Of a DNA stretch of 64,000 nt, positions 31,089 through 43,298 are shown piece after piece. Below the pieces are notes generated by a model. The model was not told the DNA's origin. It saw only the letters and a list, made by a program, of their open reading frames with translations, and did not search any database. The translations under genes were made by a program, and so were the position numbers. Within the stretch, counting starts at the first letter, position 1. Every line of letters starts with the position of its first letter. Source of the DNA: Candidatus Poribacteria bacterium (GTDB lineage Bacteria > Poribacteria > WGA-4E > PCPOR2b); contig OZ244042.1 in assembly GCA_965215015.1 (NCBI GenBank), positions 1,440,001 through 1,504,000 of the forward strand, in the 5' to 3' direction.

Positions 31089-31340
31089 TCAATTTTCCTC
31101 TCGTGCTGTTTGGTATTGTTTTTGAGTGAGCGATTTGAGACGCAGATTTCGCGTTTCCAGACACTGCGGACACCTCAATGCGATGTAATACTCCTCACTG
31201 AACATCTCATCGAGCCAATCATTTCCAATTGATGGTTCAGCCTTTTTTGCTAGAAACTCATCCATCACCTCATATTCCCGGTTGCAGTCGGGACAAACCT
31301 TCAAATCGTCTCCAATTTGGATAACATCTAGCCAACTCAT
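31089..31340 (-). CDS. Small zinc-ribbon-like protein
   Basis: CPDC...CPQC pairs; plausible RBS. Confidence 0.6.
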   Translation of the reverse strand: MSWLDVIQIGDDLKVCPDCNREYEVMDEFLAKKAEPSIGNDWLDEMFSEEYYIALRCPQCLETRNLRLKSLTQKQYQTAREEN

Positions 31341-31469
31341 GTCTACCCTTTCAAAGCTTACCGCAGATTCCAGATGTCAGCGGTAGAGTGTTACTTGGCA
31401 TAATTGAATTCTATCATTTTTTTTGACTAAAGTACGCTCTTCTTATAACATTTTGACGGGAAGCACTTT

Positions 31470-34400
31470 CTATTGAAGTTGATTCATAACGAGACTTATC
31501 CTTCGGATAGTATCAAAGATGTTGATAAATTGGTCTCCACAAAAGTCCGCAAGTGGGTGATGCAAAATGAAGGTTTTCCCCTGTGCTTGAAACTCAAAAG
31601 TAGGAACGCCATCACGATCGTTACGTTCAAGACCGGACCGAAGTTGCACGAGATTTTTACCCACTCGATCAACGAGAGAAATCCAGTAGTCTTTTTGGAG
31701 ATCCACCTGATAGTCTTTTTCAAGGCAGAGACGTGCGACATCTAGCCCTAACCGCCAATCCAAGAAGGGATGATAGGGCATGTTGGAGTAGTCACGCATG
31801 CAACCTTTGCTGTAACAGGACGAATCGCAATCTTTTCCATGTGCAATCAACTCCTTTGCAAAATCTTTTCCCGGATCAATCATATCACGTAAGAGTTTAA
31901 GCAGTCGGAATGGCTCCCCTTTATCATTATGTTCACCCAGATAGCGACAATAGCCCGCACCATTTGCTAAATTATCAGCAAGAAAAACTTGCTGTTTTTG
32001 AGTTTCACCTTCCGCCACAGGTCTAAGCTCAACGCGTAACTCGTTTGGCGAGATGTCAAGTTGACTGGCTGCAAACTGGCGTAACAAGAAACCAAAAGAA
32101 TAAAGTGCGGCTCGCCAGTATTCGTTTTTCTGATTAGGCATAATACCAACTGGAATCTCGTCAACCTCAATTAACAGCACATCGGTCGTCTTGGAAGCAT
32201 AAAGTGCTACCTCCCGTGGAGGTCCTATCAAGTCGTTTTCCTCGTTGAAGTTGTACCTTTCGTGTTTTACAGCCAATTCATAACAGACTTCAGCCGATAC
32301 AAGTGCTTCGCTTTCACGCTGTTTTTGGAGGACGAACAACTGGTTGTCATTGGTGTTGATCGAAAACAGTTTTAGTTTGCTAGCAGTACTCAATCGGAAA
32401 TTGAGTTGCTTTTCTAGCATCGTAGGTGAGTCCGAAGGTAAACGGGGATATGTGGATCGCGGTGTCCAATTGAAGGACTCATGGGCATCATCAGGTTTGA
32501 AATTAGTCAGAAATCCTTTCGGTTCAATTCCTTGAATTAGTTTGAACTCTTCAGAACCGCAAATTTGGCAGTTATTTTTCTTGTTAGCGAATTCAAAAAC
32601 AGCTTTACAGCTTTCACAGAATCCTATCAATTTTTCATGCGCGATTCCACTTTCAGATACCAAACCTCCCTGCTCCGGTTTGTAGGAGACGATACCTATC
32701 GAAGTGTGAATTTTTTTATCCTTGATGGTCTCTGAGCCGGGAGCGAATTGACTAATGGCTATCTCGATATCTCGATCAACAACACCTGATGTGGGAGGCC
32801 AATTGGTAACCCGCGGAGGTTGATGATACAATAAACGAACACCGGTTGGGAAACCAAACATCGGCAAAATTCCGGATTCCGCAAGGGACTGGCTCAACTC
32901 GTCATCTTCAAAAGGATGCACTCCGGCACAGCAATCAATCTCACCAACGAGGTCATTCAGCACCCAATCTATGAGTTCTTCCTTTTTGTCTTCCAGTTCA
33001 GTCTCTGTGGCAAGTAATTGCACAATCTGCTTAATCTTCTTTTTGTTATTTAGCCTCCATTCTACAACCCTTTCTCGATTCGTTTCCCAATCAGAAACTT
33101 TTCCAAATTCGCCATGGACATTTTTCTCGTTGTCTGTCACCACTCTTGATAACCGTGAAAAGGCATTGCATAAAACCTCTTTAGCCAAAACTCGTTTGAG
33201 AATGTCCGGGCTCCGCATATCAAGATATGGTGTCGGTGTCGCGGCGTTTGTGATCTCGTCCGTGTGGGTAAAATAGTGGTCATCATGGGTTTGTAGGCGG
33301 CAGAGCGTCAAAGCATGGGCGATCGGTTCTCCACGTCGTCCAGCGCGCCCAACACGCTGTTGATAGTTGAAACGCTGTGGTGGGACATTCCCCATCAAAA
33401 CTATTGAAAGCGCACCGATGTCAACCCCAGCTTCCATTGTTGTTGTTACGCTGAGGAGGTCAATCTCATTCGTTCGCTGATTTTCACCATCAAGGATAAC
33501 CCCTTGGAACCAGCGTTGACGGTTTGGCCGTTCCTCCGAATCGGTTTGTGCAGTTAACTCTTCGCAATGAAAACGGTAAGGCTGAATCCCAAGTCTGTCT
33601 GAATCGGCTTGATAGGCGTAGTAACCATATTCTTGTAATTCGTCCGGTATAAATTTCTCTAACTCCGAGAGGCAATTCGTATTTGTGCAAATTCCCCCTG
33701 CCTTGTAAAGATGTTTACGACGGCATGTGACACACCGGAAGATTATGCCCCCTTGAGGGCGACGCAGGTTAAGTCTTTCAACAAGGATGAGATAGTCCTC
33801 AAAACTGTTTGATGATTCTAACTGTTCCTGGATTGCTCTGATAAGCTCTTCCTCAGAGCACCTAATCTGTTCCGCCGATTTTTCCAAGTAGACTCGGAGA
33901 AATTTGGGCATCGACTTTTCTTCGGCGTAGGGACGGTAAATTTTGGTATATCTCCGTTCGCCAAGGATTCGGGCAACGGCAGACATTATTTCAGCGGGAT
34001 TTACTCCTTTAATTAACCACTTGTCCGGATCAGTATTAGGTTCACACCACGCGAGTCCAAGACCCTCTAAGCCCATGTTTCTTCTTGCAAACAGAAGTTG
34101 TTCAGCAATTACTTTTTTTAATTGGGTTTCAATCTCTTGCAAAAGCCGATCTTGATGAGGTTCAAGCAGCTGTGAATCGCGTAGTGTTACGGAACTCTCT
34201 CCCCATTGACAGATCTCCTCCCACTTATGTTCTATCTCCTTATTATTTCTACCTTTTTCCCGAGAAAATTCAACCTTATCACCGTATCCGCCGGGATTCA
34301 TGCCAAGTTTGATAAATTCGTTAAAACAATCCTTCTGAAGAGCGGTAAACGGATAGTTGCTTCCAAGTGTGGCTAGCTGATTTGCCTGATCTAATGTCAG

Positions 34401-36815
34401 AGGTTCATCGTCATAAAAAGCGTCCTCAATTGAATCAAGTAATTGTCGTTGGTCTGGATATTTTTCTCTCAAATGACGAATTGCATGTCTAAATTTGGAT
34501 CCTGGGCTTTTAGGATTACGAATGATCGCCAGGGCTGGATCTACTGCTTGTTTTTTCATCGCTTCAACCGCGATGAGTCGAATCATGTCCTGATAGTGAG
34601 ACCACTGAATCCCAACTGCATATTTTGCCGCATCCTGTCGACTATCTGAGAAGATGATGGTCTTTCGTTCGGATTGTACTTGAACAGTTGCTTGTAAGGT
34701 TTGGGTGAGGATTTGGATTACTTTTTGCAAACCTGTTCTACTATTACGGAGTGGTGAACCTACCTGCTCTTTGCCATTGACAACAATCTTTTCCCTGGAT
34801 AAATCCCATACATCTCCACAGTATGGGCAATACTTAGGAATTTCTGAGCACCAATCTTCTGGTTGGTGAATCTTGTAAAAATAACCATTGGAGTTCGTCG
34901 TGGAATCCGGGATAAGTTTTCCATCGGATGGAGAAAACTGCGCGGAATGCCAACTTCTCTTGAGACCGTTTTGGCTCCAACCCCCACGGGGTTGATTAGG
35001 AGTTTTCTTCCTCGGCCAAAAGATAGCGTAAGTTTCGTAATTCCGATCTTTAACCCCCTTTTCAGGTAAACCCCTCAATTCTTGATAGTCACCACTGAGA
35101 TACCAACCTGGAGCCTCGTCCGAGATTAGCTGTTTATATCCACCAAAAAAGAGATCTCCGCACGTTTCGCAGGTTAACAATTCTAGCACTCGTGAACCAC
35201 ATTCATCACACAAAACACGTCGATTTGCGAACAATTTTCCAATGAAAATGTCGTTGTTTTCCCCTCGACAATTCGGATTGCTACATGCCCACAATCCCTC
35301 AAAGTTTTTGAAGAAGTAATGGACACGAAACGGTAATAGGGCCTGATCTTTTTTTATGTCCTTCTGTTGAATTGTGTAGCGAATAAGACCACGGATAGTA
35401 TCCTCAGAAAGTGGTGTTGGACTTACTCGGTTTGCGGCTTTCAGCATATCCCCGATCGTCGAGGCATTTAACTTTCCATTATTATTACAAAGTTGTACCA
35501 CAGCCGACTTGATGAGTTCCTTTGGAATTTTGTCCAACTGAGTGGCATCTCTATTTTGATCGAACGCTTCAAACTGTGCAGCGTGTTTGAGGGATTCCTG
35601 GAGCTCAGTACTTTGATCAGGGTGTTGTGGTGAACTAATGATTTTGAATTTTCTCCTTCGCGCAAAAAATTGACGGAGGTATTCGCTTCCTTCATCGCTT
35701 TCAAGTGAAGCACTTGATGCAATGATTCGCAGTTTTGGCGATTCAGGTTCAAGGCCAAGCCGATTAAACAGTGTCCGAAGAAGATAAGCAACCTCCGATC
35801 CTGCTGTTCCGCGGTAGGAGTGTAATTCATCAACAACAAGATGGAAAACACTGTCTTTTCTTTCTAGCCATGCTTTAGTTTTTTCAAAGATAGGCTGTTC
35901 TAGGTTGCGGATGAGCATAATATTCAGCATTGAGTAGTTTGTGATTAGGATGTCCGGCGGGTGATCCTGCATGTCCCACCGAGACCACATCTCAGCTGTG
36001 TCAACATCGGTTGAAGGAAAAAAATAACGCTTCTGCTCGGAATCGCTAACTTTTTCAGCTTGCCTATGTAACTTCTCTAGTTGTTTTTGAAATCTTTGGA
36101 GGTTTTCCAGCTTTTTTTCACCTGGGACCGGTGTCAAACCAGTATAGCGACCAAAGTAAAATCGATTGTTACCCCGATTTTCATGGAGCCATCTCCGTGC
36201 TGCCGGACTGTCACAAGCCCGGCGTAGACGCATGAGTTGATCTTCAACAAGTGCGTTGAGTGGATACAAAATTAACGCACGAAGGGCAGCAGGACGTTCT
36301 TCGTCTTGACGCTGTGGAATAGGCTTTTCTGTTTTACTCTCAAAATTTTGCCACCACGGATGATTTGAATTCCGATAGCCGTAGCTGTTCCATTTCCGTG
36401 ATTCTTCGACGAGATAGTTGAAGATTGGAAGTAAAAAACACTCTGTCTTTCCAGAACCTGTGCCAGTCGTGACAACGACATCCTCACCATCAATAACCGA
36501 TGCTTTAATTACCTTTGCTTGATGGTCATAGAGCAGGCGGTCTTTTGGTGCAAGTCCATCATCACCACCTCGCGCGAGAAAATCACCAAGTTCGTAAGAC
36601 AGTTGTAAATGGTTGCATAACTGCGACAGAGTTTTCCCGGAGGAGGGATAAGGAACAATTGGTTCAAAGCGTGGGTCTTGGAAAAGCAGCCCGTTTTCCC
36701 GCAATAGTTTGTTACGTTCCTCTTCGAGTTCCGTACTATTAAAACCCAAAATTGTTTGGATGTAGCGAATGTAAGAATCACAAAGCAGTTCATAAGTTTC
36801 AAATGGATCTGACAT
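31470..36815 (-). CDS. DExH helicase with C-terminal DUF1998, DruE-like (Druantia)
   Basis: [30 protein letters not shown], several Cxx[57 protein letters not shown]; TGATG coupling to the upstream gene. Confidence 0.88.
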   Translation of the reverse strand: MSDPFETYELLCDSYIRYIQTILGFNSTELEEERNKLLRENGLLFQDPRFEPIVPYPSSGKTLSQLCNHLQLSYELGDFLARGGDDGLAPKDRLLYDHQAKVIKASVIDGEDVVVTTGTGSGKTECFLLPIFNYLVEESRKWNSYGYRNSNHPWWQNFESKTEKPIPQRQDEERPAALRALILYPLNALVEDQLMRLRRACDSPAARRWLHENRGNNRFYFGRYTGLTPVPGEKKLENLQRFQKQLEKLHRQAEKVSDSEQKRYFFPSTDVDTAEMWSRWDMQDHPPDILITNYSMLNIMLIRNLEQPIFEKTKAWLERKDSVFHLVVDELHSYRGTAGSEVAYLLRTLFNRLGLEPESPKLRIIASSASLESDEGSEYLRQFFARRRKFKIISSPQHPDQSTELQESLKHAAQFEAFDQNRDATQLDKIPKELIKSAVVQLCNNNGKLNASTIGDMLKAANRVSPTPLSEDTIRGLIRYTIQQKDIKKDQALLPFRVHYFFKNFEGLWACSNPNCRGENNDIFIGKLFANRRVLCDECGSRVLELLTCETCGDLFFGGYKQLISDEAPGWYLSGDYQELRGLPEKGVKDRNYETYAIFWPRKKTPNQPRGGWSQNGLKRSWHSAQFSPSDGKLIPDSTTNSNGYFYKIHQPEDWCSEIPKYCPYCGDVWDLSREKIVVNGKEQVGSPLRNSRTGLQKVIQILTQTLQATVQVQSERKTIIFSDSRQDAAKYAVGIQWSHYQDMIRLIAVEAMKKQAVDPALAIIRNPKSPGSKFRHAIRHLREKYPDQRQLLDSIEDAFYDDEPLTLDQANQLATLGSNYPFTALQKDCFNEFIKLGMNPGGYGDKVEFSREKGRNNKEIEHKWEEICQWGESSVTLRDSQLLEPHQDRLLQEIETQLKKVIAEQLLFARRNMGLEGLGLAWCEPNTDPDKWLIKGVNPAEIMSAVARILGERRYTKIYRPYAEEKSMPKFLRVYLEKSAEQIRCSEEELIRAIQEQLESSNSFEDYLILVERLNLRRPQGGIIFRCVTCRRKHLYKAGGICTNTNCLSELEKFIPDELQEYGYYAYQADSDRLGIQPYRFHCEELTAQTDSEERPNRQRWFQGVILDGENQRTNEIDLLSVTTTMEAGVDIGALSIVLMGNVPPQRFNYQQRVGRAGRRGEPIAHALTLCRLQTHDDHYFTHTDEITNAATPTPYLDMRSPDILKRVLAKEVLCNAFSRLSRVVTDNEKNVHGEFGKVSDWETNRERVVEWRLNNKKKIKQIVQLLATETELEDKKEELIDWVLNDLVGEIDCCAGVHPFEDDELSQSLAESGILPMFGFPTGVRLLYHQPPRVTNWPPTSGVVDRDIEIAISQFAPGSETIKDKKIHTSIGIVSYKPEQGGLVSESGIAHEKLIGFCESCKAVFEFANKKNNCQICGSEEFKLIQGIEPKGFLTNFKPDDAHESFNWTPRSTYPRLPSDSPTMLEKQLNFRLSTASKLKLFSINTNDNQLFVLQKQRESEALVSAEVCYELAVKHERYNFNEENDLIGPPREVALYASKTTDVLLIEVDEIPVGIMPNQKNEYWRAALYSFGFLLRQFAASQLDISPNELRVELRPVAEGETQKQQVFLADNLANGAGYCRYLGEHNDKGEPFRLLKLLRDMIDPGKDFAKELIAHGKDCDSSCYSKGCMRDYSNMPYHPFLDWRLGLDVARLCLEKDYQVDLQKDYWISLVDRVGKNLVQLRSGLERNDRDGVPTFEFQAQGKTFILHHPLADFCGDQFINIFDTIRRISLVMNQLQ

Positions 36816-37711
36816 CAAATAACCTCCCAATCTTGATAGAGTGATTTAGTCAATCGGTATGCAATACCAACTGGTACATCGGAGTAGCAAGCCCAATCAC
36901 CCCTCCATTTTGGTGGAAATCCTGAGCATAGGGTCGCGCACCGATCAACAATTAGCGGCACAAGCAAATTTCGATTGACACACCATGTCTGAGATTTTTT
37001 TTCGTAAAAAATCAGTCTAGTCTTTCTGACGAAGGTAGAAAGTAGAAGCCATTCCCCCCAGTCACGCGGGACTTTTCGTTGGTCGTAACCAGATTTTAAG
37101 ACGTAGACATCGGGACCGTATTGAGGGATTTCGTAAAGCTCATCATAATCTAAAGAATCGTTATCCTTTTCGTATTTCAGGTTATTGATATTGAACTTGT
37201 TCAGCGAATCGGAAAACGGTATTTCGACTTGCGGAAAATTGGCGCGCTTGGGGGACGGCAATACGCTCGATAACTTGGCAGAAAATGCTCGACTAATGTG
37301 AATGCCCCAATTTTCAATTTTGGTGAAAGAAGTTTCCGTCAGTCCGGTCAACACAATGGTCGTTGGGGCGTATTGCTCTAGAATCAAATGCGATTTTCCT
37401 CCCATTTTGGAAATATAACTTTTGATTTCTTTAAGAAAGTCGGGAGACCGACTTCCGACAAGTACATATCGATCTTCCACCGCCGCTTCAACCAAGACAG
37501 TAGGCGCAATTACAACCTTGTCCAAATTCATAGGATTGTAATCAAGGTGTCCAAGTCGTGCTAGTGATGTCAGGTAAGTAGAATCTTTCAAGTTGGATTC
37601 ACCTTCTGCAAGATTTTCAACTGCCTCTTTGAATTTTTCCCAACTCAGTTCACCGACATGTGACAAGTAATAAAGGAGTCTATCAAAGATATTTGTTTCC
37701 GTTTGGTTCAT
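36815..37711 (-). CDS. Druantia accessory-like protein (possibly DruD/DruH C-terminal-like)
   Basis: [34 protein letters not shown]; overlaps both neighbours. Confidence 0.6.
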   Translation of the reverse strand: MNQTETNIFDRLLYYLSHVGELSWEKFKEAVENLAEGESNLKDSTYLTSLARLGHLDYNPMNLDKVVIAPTVLVEAAVEDRYVLVGSRSPDFLKEIKSYISKMGGKSHLILEQYAPTTIVLTGLTETSFTKIENWGIHISRAFSAKLSSVLPSPKRANFPQVEIPFSDSLNKFNINNLKYEKDNDSLDYDELYEIPQYGPDVYVLKSGYDQRKVPRDWGEWLLLSTFVRKTRLIFYEKKSQTWCVNRNLLVPLIVDRCATLCSGFPPKWRGDWACYSDVPVGIAYRLTKSLYQDWEVI

Positions 37712-39645
37712 TCATCTTCCTCGCTTGCTTGTAGTAATCCATCTCGGAAATGCGGCAATTCACGATTTTCATCGTCAATCAAATTTTGCACTATCTCGAT
37801 TAAATCGCGGCGGTTCTCAATCCACGGCAAAAGGCGTAAAGTCAAAGCCCAATCAAGAGCTCGGGACGGTGCTAGAATATCATGATGTGAAAGTTGAAGA
37901 TAACGTTGAATATCCCGAAAAAGCACTGTTGGGACTTGCAAACCTGTATCTTTGATCTTTGTGCAAAGTGGATCAAGGAATGTGAGTTGACTATTGTGCT
38001 GTGGATTAGCATCAGCACCTGGTCGACACCAAGATTCCCATTCAGACTTTGTAACAATAACACCCGACGGTTTCAATTTTAGGGACTCAATCGGTTCTCG
38101 GTTTTGTTGTGGTTCTGGCAGACGTGTAACCCAAGTATAAACGTCCTCATTCGTTTCACAACGATTCATTCCGGAATAACGGGTGAGAAAAACTTTGATA
38201 GCACCCTCGGAAAAATCATTGATCCATTTAAGAAATTGTGGCAGATAACTATCTGGAAATGACCGATCGCAATTGTTCAAATGGATTGCCCAAGGCATAT
38301 TGCCTATTTCAAGCATCCTCCTGACCGAGATATCAAGATCCATTTGTCTCAATTGTTCCCCAAAACATTCTTGAGAAAAGAGCTGAGGAAACCAATCTTG
38401 TAACCCGAGCCAACCCATTTCCACATCGATTTCTGTAACGTACAAGTGATTATCGCACATCAGCCGCCAAACATCAATTATTCGTGTATCAGCAACCTCA
38501 AGTGCAGGAAAAGCCTTCAGAGCAACATGAATAGCATTTGCGGTCTCCTTAGAATCCGTTACACCAAACCTTCGTAGGCAATACGCAAAACTGTCCAAGT
38601 AGTCCTCATTTTCATCGTTGTAATGCTCTTCTTCCGCTTCCAATTTGACAGCATAATGTTTCCCAATCTGTACAGATTGATGGGCGATTCGCGGTGCATG
38701 GGTCATTTGATGTTGTTGTTCTTCTTCTATTTTAATTTCAATAATTGCTCTGTCCATACCATCAAGCCGGACTTCAATAGATTCGACATGTTTTTGGAAA
38801 CGTTGATCGAGTTGCGCGATTTTCAGCTCCATATCATTAATATTAAATTCGGCAGCCGAAAGTTGAGTCGCAAGAGATATAACTGATTCCTCTACCTTGG
38901 TAAGCCGTGAATTGATCAATTGGCTAATTCTTTTGTTAAAATTTAATTTTATTTTAGAAAGTTGAGACTCGAAAGATTTGGTTACCTCTGTAATTTGTTG
39001 ATCGAGCTTCTGTGCTGTTTTGTCGGTGGAGGCAATTTCAGAAATTCGCGAATCAAGTGAATTGATAGTTTCAGATAGCTGATTGACCTGATCAGGAAGG
39101 ACCGCTAGCTGCTGCTGTCGTTTAATTTCTGCCTGGGGAAGTGCCTTTTCAATGAGGGTTTCGATCTCATCTGAAGGAAGGAAGTAACCATAGTCATAAA
39201 AGCGTCGAATTGTCTCCCGATCAATCTGGTTGTTGCGACTTGCTTCCAACAAGGTTTTGAAACACTCGATATCGAGTTCGCTATTTGATGGTGCGACGCA
39301 CTGGCGGTTTTCATCAAAGTCCGATGAGTTGTCAAACTCAAGTAAGAGCTTATTTAGTTCACGATGCGATTCAACCCAAGCGGTCCAAGCCGTTTGGAAC
39401 ATGTCCCAAATGACGGAATTGGTAAATTTTCGTTCCTTTTTCAACCTTGAAATCAACATTGGGACTGTTCGTGTTAGTGGAGCATGCCCCTTTCGGAATC
39501 CTGGCACTTGACTTTGAAGCAACTTCTCCCGTATAAACTGTTTTCCTGTTTTATCTGTTATTTCTTCCAAGAAAGTAACAAAATCTTTTGCATTCCGTTC
39601 TATTAAAATACCCCGCTTCTCTTCTGAGTACGGTTTTGCTTCCAT
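37708..39645 (-). CDS. Coiled-coil protein with degenerate McrB/AAA-like C-terminus (Druantia accessory-like)
   Basis: Long heptad region around aa 175-310; C-terminal ALDWALTLRLLPWI; no Walker A; ATGA overlap with the next gene. Confidence 0.6.
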   Translation of the reverse strand: MEAKPYSEEKRGILIERNAKDFVTFLEEITDKTGKQFIREKLLQSQVPGFRKGHAPLTRTVPMLISRLKKERKFTNSVIWDMFQTAWTAWVESHRELNKLLLEFDNSSDFDENRQCVAPSNSELDIECFKTLLEASRNNQIDRETIRRFYDYGYFLPSDEIETLIEKALPQAEIKRQQQLAVLPDQVNQLSETINSLDSRISEIASTDKTAQKLDQQITEVTKSFESQLSKIKLNFNKRISQLINSRLTKVEESVISLATQLSAAEFNINDMELKIAQLDQRFQKHVESIEVRLDGMDRAIIEIKIEEEQQHQMTHAPRIAHQSVQIGKHYAVKLEAEEEHYNDENEDYLDSFAYCLRRFGVTDSKETANAIHVALKAFPALEVADTRIIDVWRLMCDNHLYVTEIDVEMGWLGLQDWFPQLFSQECFGEQLRQMDLDISVRRMLEIGNMPWAIHLNNCDRSFPDSYLPQFLKWINDFSEGAIKVFLTRYSGMNRCETNEDVYTWVTRLPEPQQNREPIESLKLKPSGVIVTKSEWESWCRPGADANPQHNSQLTFLDPLCTKIKDTGLQVPTVLFRDIQRYLQLSHHDILAPSRALDWALTLRLLPWIENRRDLIEIVQNLIDDENRELPHFRDGLLQASEEDE

Positions 39646-39647
39646 GG

Positions 39648-41657
39648 TTACCTACTTCCTTGCTTGCGAAGATCTGCATAGGACAAAGCCGTTTCGTGGT
39701 ACTGCTCTAACTTCTTTTGAACGATAGATTGCAAAGCAACATTCTGATCTAGATGTTCGATTATCTCGCCCAACCACTTCGGGACCAAAGTCTTGTCCTG
39801 TTTGAGCTCTATCGCGGTCTTCACGACCAATGAGATAAGCTCAGCAGGGGCTTTGGAGGATAAATCACTATCCTTTTTGGGAGTCGAGGGTTCAATTTGT
39901 ACATCATCCCATGTAGTTTCGGGAATGTCTGTTCCAAGGAATTTTGTGCCCGTGAGCCACATTCCGGATTCCGCTGTAGCCTCCACAATTTTCTTTGTAG
40001 AATAGATTGGCATCTCCGAAACATCTTGAGATAAGGTAACGATTAGAGTTCGATTATTGTGTTCCAAGCAACGCTTTGGGGTTATGATTCGTAAATCACT
40101 CGTTTTACTTCCGTAGGAAATTCTATGAACTCCTGAACCTAGTATGCCATCCAACGTAACAAGCCGGTCCTTACCTACTGACAGCTCTTGGGAGTCTATC
40201 TTTAAAGGCTCTTCACTGGAAAGCCCAAGGTCGGGAACGAACACGGTAGGAAGGCAGATGTTGAGATAGGCTCTGTGACCGTGTTGGTCTCGAACCGATA
40301 ATCCACCAATGAGACGAATCCGTTTGCTAGAATCAATAGACAATCGCCAAAGTTCTTGGTTGGAAACAGATAAGGGTTTGGTAGGTGTACCCCGCAGGCA
40401 GACCCAACCATCATAGATGGGACTTGGCGTCTTAGTCTCTAGTTCACAAGTCTGTTCTACACAAGCAATAACTGGATTAGCAAGCCGTTTGCGGAAGACA
40501 ATCAGGTGATCTTCATACAGTTGCATGTTTCGTTGGGAAAGCCAACTGTCGTCACGTTCTGAATCTTTTCGGAAAACCCAGATATCAGAACGACTTAGGG
40601 TGTAAATTATTGGTTTGACTTCAACCGTTTGTAATTGTAGACGATCTGGCAAATTCCAAAACATGCCTCTCGCATCAATAACTGAACGAAACCACTTTTC
40701 TAGACCAGATGTTTGCAAACACTTAATCCCTAAAGGGTTAGTTTCGCAGTTTGTTGCGCCTCTACCATGTCTTGGGAGCCAGTAGCGCACTCCTACCTTG
40801 TCGAACGGATTCAATCGGAGTTCAACATTAATTGATGCTATTGTGTAGCTTTTGGAAGCAAGGGCTGCATCAGGTGGAATTTCACCATTCCAGTGTTTTA
40901 GAAGTGATTTGACCTGGCTAAGTATGGACCTTTTATAGGATTCATTGGAAAGGTAACGCTTTATTTTAACAGATCCCGTTGATGATATACACCAATAACG
41001 AAGTTGGTGTTCCAGTTGAGGATCAGGGAGATTTGAAAACGGTGTAAGGTTATTCTGATGAAAAAATTGGTAAACAGCACGTCGATCTTGTTCGCTAATC
41101 AAGCATTGTGAAATCGGGTACCAAACATATCTACGATTTAATGGACCTTCGGTCAGATATAGTTCAATATTGTAATGATCGCTTACCCACTTCTGAAGAT
41201 GTTTCCAAAGTTTCTTGAATTCTTGACGCTTAATTCCTTTTGGAATTCCTTGATCAGATTTGTCAAACAGGAGTTCATTTAACCGTAGGTAGTAGTTCGT
41301 ATGAGAAGCACTAACTGAAGATTCCATTCGCGACGCGGCAAGAACAGCTAGGGCGAGGAAAGCCACTTGAGGTGGTTCTTCTTCCGAAGTGGCCCACCAT
41401 GAATCCCGTAAATTTGTTGGATTGATTCGTTGGAGATTCACACGATCGTCAGTAACAACTTTGTTCCTGACAGCTACTTTCAAACTTATGACAGCATTTG
41501 CCAGCTTGAAATTAGACAGCTCCGCTATTTCAGAAAGTTTTTCAGCATTTGTTTGCAAGAAGACAATTTCACCGGGCTCACACTCTTGAAAAAAGTAGGA
41601 GATAATGGCTCGGTTCCACTGTTCATAGTGCATGATGATAAATATGATCTTCCTCAT
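39648..41657 (-). CDS. Druantia accessory-like protein (possibly DruC/DruH N-terminal-like); start may be 41633
   Basis: YEQWNRAI..FF, PP..AFLALAVLAASRM, NYYLRL, LWKHL..W, YVWYPISQCL; first gene of the coupled operon. Confidence 0.6.
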   Translation of the reverse strand: MRKIIFIIMHYEQWNRAIISYFFQECEPGEIVFLQTNAEKLSEIAELSNFKLANAVISLKVAVRNKVVTDDRVNLQRINPTNLRDSWWATSEEEPPQVAFLALAVLAASRMESSVSASHTNYYLRLNELLFDKSDQGIPKGIKRQEFKKLWKHLQKWVSDHYNIELYLTEGPLNRRYVWYPISQCLISEQDRRAVYQFFHQNNLTPFSNLPDPQLEHQLRYWCISSTGSVKIKRYLSNESYKRSILSQVKSLLKHWNGEIPPDAALASKSYTIASINVELRLNPFDKVGVRYWLPRHGRGATNCETNPLGIKCLQTSGLEKWFRSVIDARGMFWNLPDRLQLQTVEVKPIIYTLSRSDIWVFRKDSERDDSWLSQRNMQLYEDHLIVFRKRLANPVIACVEQTCELETKTPSPIYDGWVCLRGTPTKPLSVSNQELWRLSIDSSKRIRLIGGLSVRDQHGHRAYLNICLPTVFVPDLGLSSEEPLKIDSQELSVGKDRLVTLDGILGSGVHRISYGSKTSDLRIITPKRCLEHNNRTLIVTLSQDVSEMPIYSTKKIVEATAESGMWLTGTKFLGTDIPETTWDDVQIEPSTPKKDSDLSSKAPAELISLVVKTAIELKQDKTLVPKWLGEIIEHLDQNVALQSIVQKKLEQYHETALSYADLRKQGSR

Positions 41658-41833
41658 ATAGTGAGGGATGTAAAAATGTCTTAGGTGAATAAGTCGTGCA
41701 CTCCTTAGAATAAAGGCCTCTAGCAGCCAACTTATTGTCTAGTACGCCGGAAGGGGGTCAAAGGCCTCCATCAATGTCTATTAGAACAATCATCACTATC
41801 TGGTCTCCTTATAATTTTCGGTGAAGTCTGACT

Positions 41834-42808
41834 TCAACCTCGTTCAGCTTCCGCACAAAGCTGTGCAGCGTATTGGACTCGGCGCATCACGTCAATATTT
41901 GCCCGGGGACTACCTCCCGCATGGATGGAATCAAAGAACCCTCGGAGGCTTTCGCGCATACCCACGAACCCGTAAGTGGGTGGCGAGGCAGGGGTGTGTT
42001 CACGATGCCAATCATCTGTTTCACCACGCCATCCCCACCTCCCGGTCTGTAAATCGGCGATAATTTCTCCGGATCGACAGGCAACAGTCAGCTCAATGAC
42101 GGTCCCCTGTGGTATCACCAAGTTAAATTCAAGCTGACCGATTCCTCCGCCAGAATAAACTAGCGATGCCCAACCGGCATCCATCAGTGTCCCGTTACTG
42201 TGGTGAACTCCTATAACAGATGCTTGAATTGCAGTCTGTGTGAAGATGCAATCTAGGACATCAAGATACCAACAGCCTAGCCAAAGAAAGAAACTCTGCC
42301 CCTGAACTTCCTCATACCACGCGCCACCTCCATATCCCCAGGCACACCACAGACGGATTTTCGCCATCAACGGTTCACCTATCGCGCCGGACCGGAGAAG
42401 TTCTAATACACTGTCCATCACCGGCAGGTATCGGAGCTCCAAATCGGCTTGAACCACGCATCCACTTGATGCCAGTGCGTCCAGTACGTGTGTGACTGTT
42501 TCCGAATCTTCTGCAACGGGCGGTTCAAAAAACAGATGCTTCTGGGATGTTGCCGCCGCTTGAAGGACCGGCGCATGAAGGGAATTAGGGAGCGCAATCA
42601 AGATAGCGTCAACGGTTGAATCATTCAACAGGTCGTGATAGTCCTCAAACGTCTTCGTCCCTTTCCCGAACGTCTGTTTTGCAAGAGCTCTTGTGGTATG
42701 ACTCCGAGCGGAAACAGCCACAACCCGAACCTGTGATATCTCTGCAAGCAAAGGTGTGTAGGCTTGGCGAGCCCACTGACCGAAACCAATGATTCCAATA
42801 TTTGTCAT
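41834..42808 (-). CDS. Gfo/Idh/MocA family oxidoreductase
   Basis: IGIIGFG, DAILIALPNSLH, HLFFEPP (EKP variant), GAIGE. Confidence 0.85.
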   Translation of the reverse strand: MTNIGIIGFGQWARQAYTPLLAEISQVRVVAVSARSHTTRALAKQTFGKGTKTFEDYHDLLNDSTVDAILIALPNSLHAPVLQAAATSQKHLFFEPPVAEDSETVTHVLDALASSGCVVQADLELRYLPVMDSVLELLRSGAIGEPLMAKIRLWCAWGYGGGAWYEEVQGQSFFLWLGCWYLDVLDCIFTQTAIQASVIGVHHSNGTLMDAGWASLVYSGGGIGQLEFNLVIPQGTVIELTVACRSGEIIADLQTGRWGWRGETDDWHREHTPASPPTYGFVGMRESLRGFFDSIHAGGSPRANIDVMRRVQYAAQLCAEAERG

Positions 42809-42861
42809 GGTATCATTCTACTTTATACCTTTCTGCGATTAATCCCTGATAGGCTTAACCC

Positions 42862-43179
42862 CTATTGCATTGGTGAGAAGGAAGTCGGAATCAGGGTGTC
42901 CGAAATAACTTCCGCAACGATTGGCCCATTCGCTTCGGTTTGTTCGCGGGCTTTAATCCATTCAGGATCTGCGCGGAAGCCATCCCATGCCGCCTCCATC
43001 GCTGCTTCGCTTTCATATCTACAGATATACACTAGTTCGTTGACCTCTGGGTGTCTCCAGAATCCAACGACTTCTATGCCATGCCTTTTGAATAGACCAA
43101 AGGTGATATTTTCAAACCGGTTGAGGATGTCCGGCATTCGACCTTCCGGAATTATATAAGTACGAAGTTCGTAAACCAT
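42862..43179 (-). CDS. NIPSNAP family protein
   Basis: MVYELRTY, FKRHGIEVVGFW, AWDGFRADPEW, PTSFSP; AGGAG RBS before ATG 43179. Confidence 0.9.
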   Translation of the reverse strand: MVYELRTYIIPEGRMPDILNRFENITFGLFKRHGIEVVGFWRHPEVNELVYICRYESEAAMEAAWDGFRADPEWIKAREQTEANGPIVAEVISDTLIPTSFSPMQ

Positions 43180-43298
43180 TGTTATTCTCCTTATGTAAAT
43201 GTAATACGTAGGTTGTCCGACAGCATGGAAATTGAACACCACCGGTTGAAACGGCGTCTCAATGCGACGGATATTTGGGACAAACAGTCCGATTAAAT

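Noticed and set aside
31470-36815. DISARM (drmAB) assignment
   Set aside because: Helicase and DUF1998 are fused in one chain, and no methylase, SNF2 or PLD gene is adjacent
31340-41834. Integrative element boundaries around the defence operon
   Set aside because: No integrase, tRNA or convincing flanking direct repeat found
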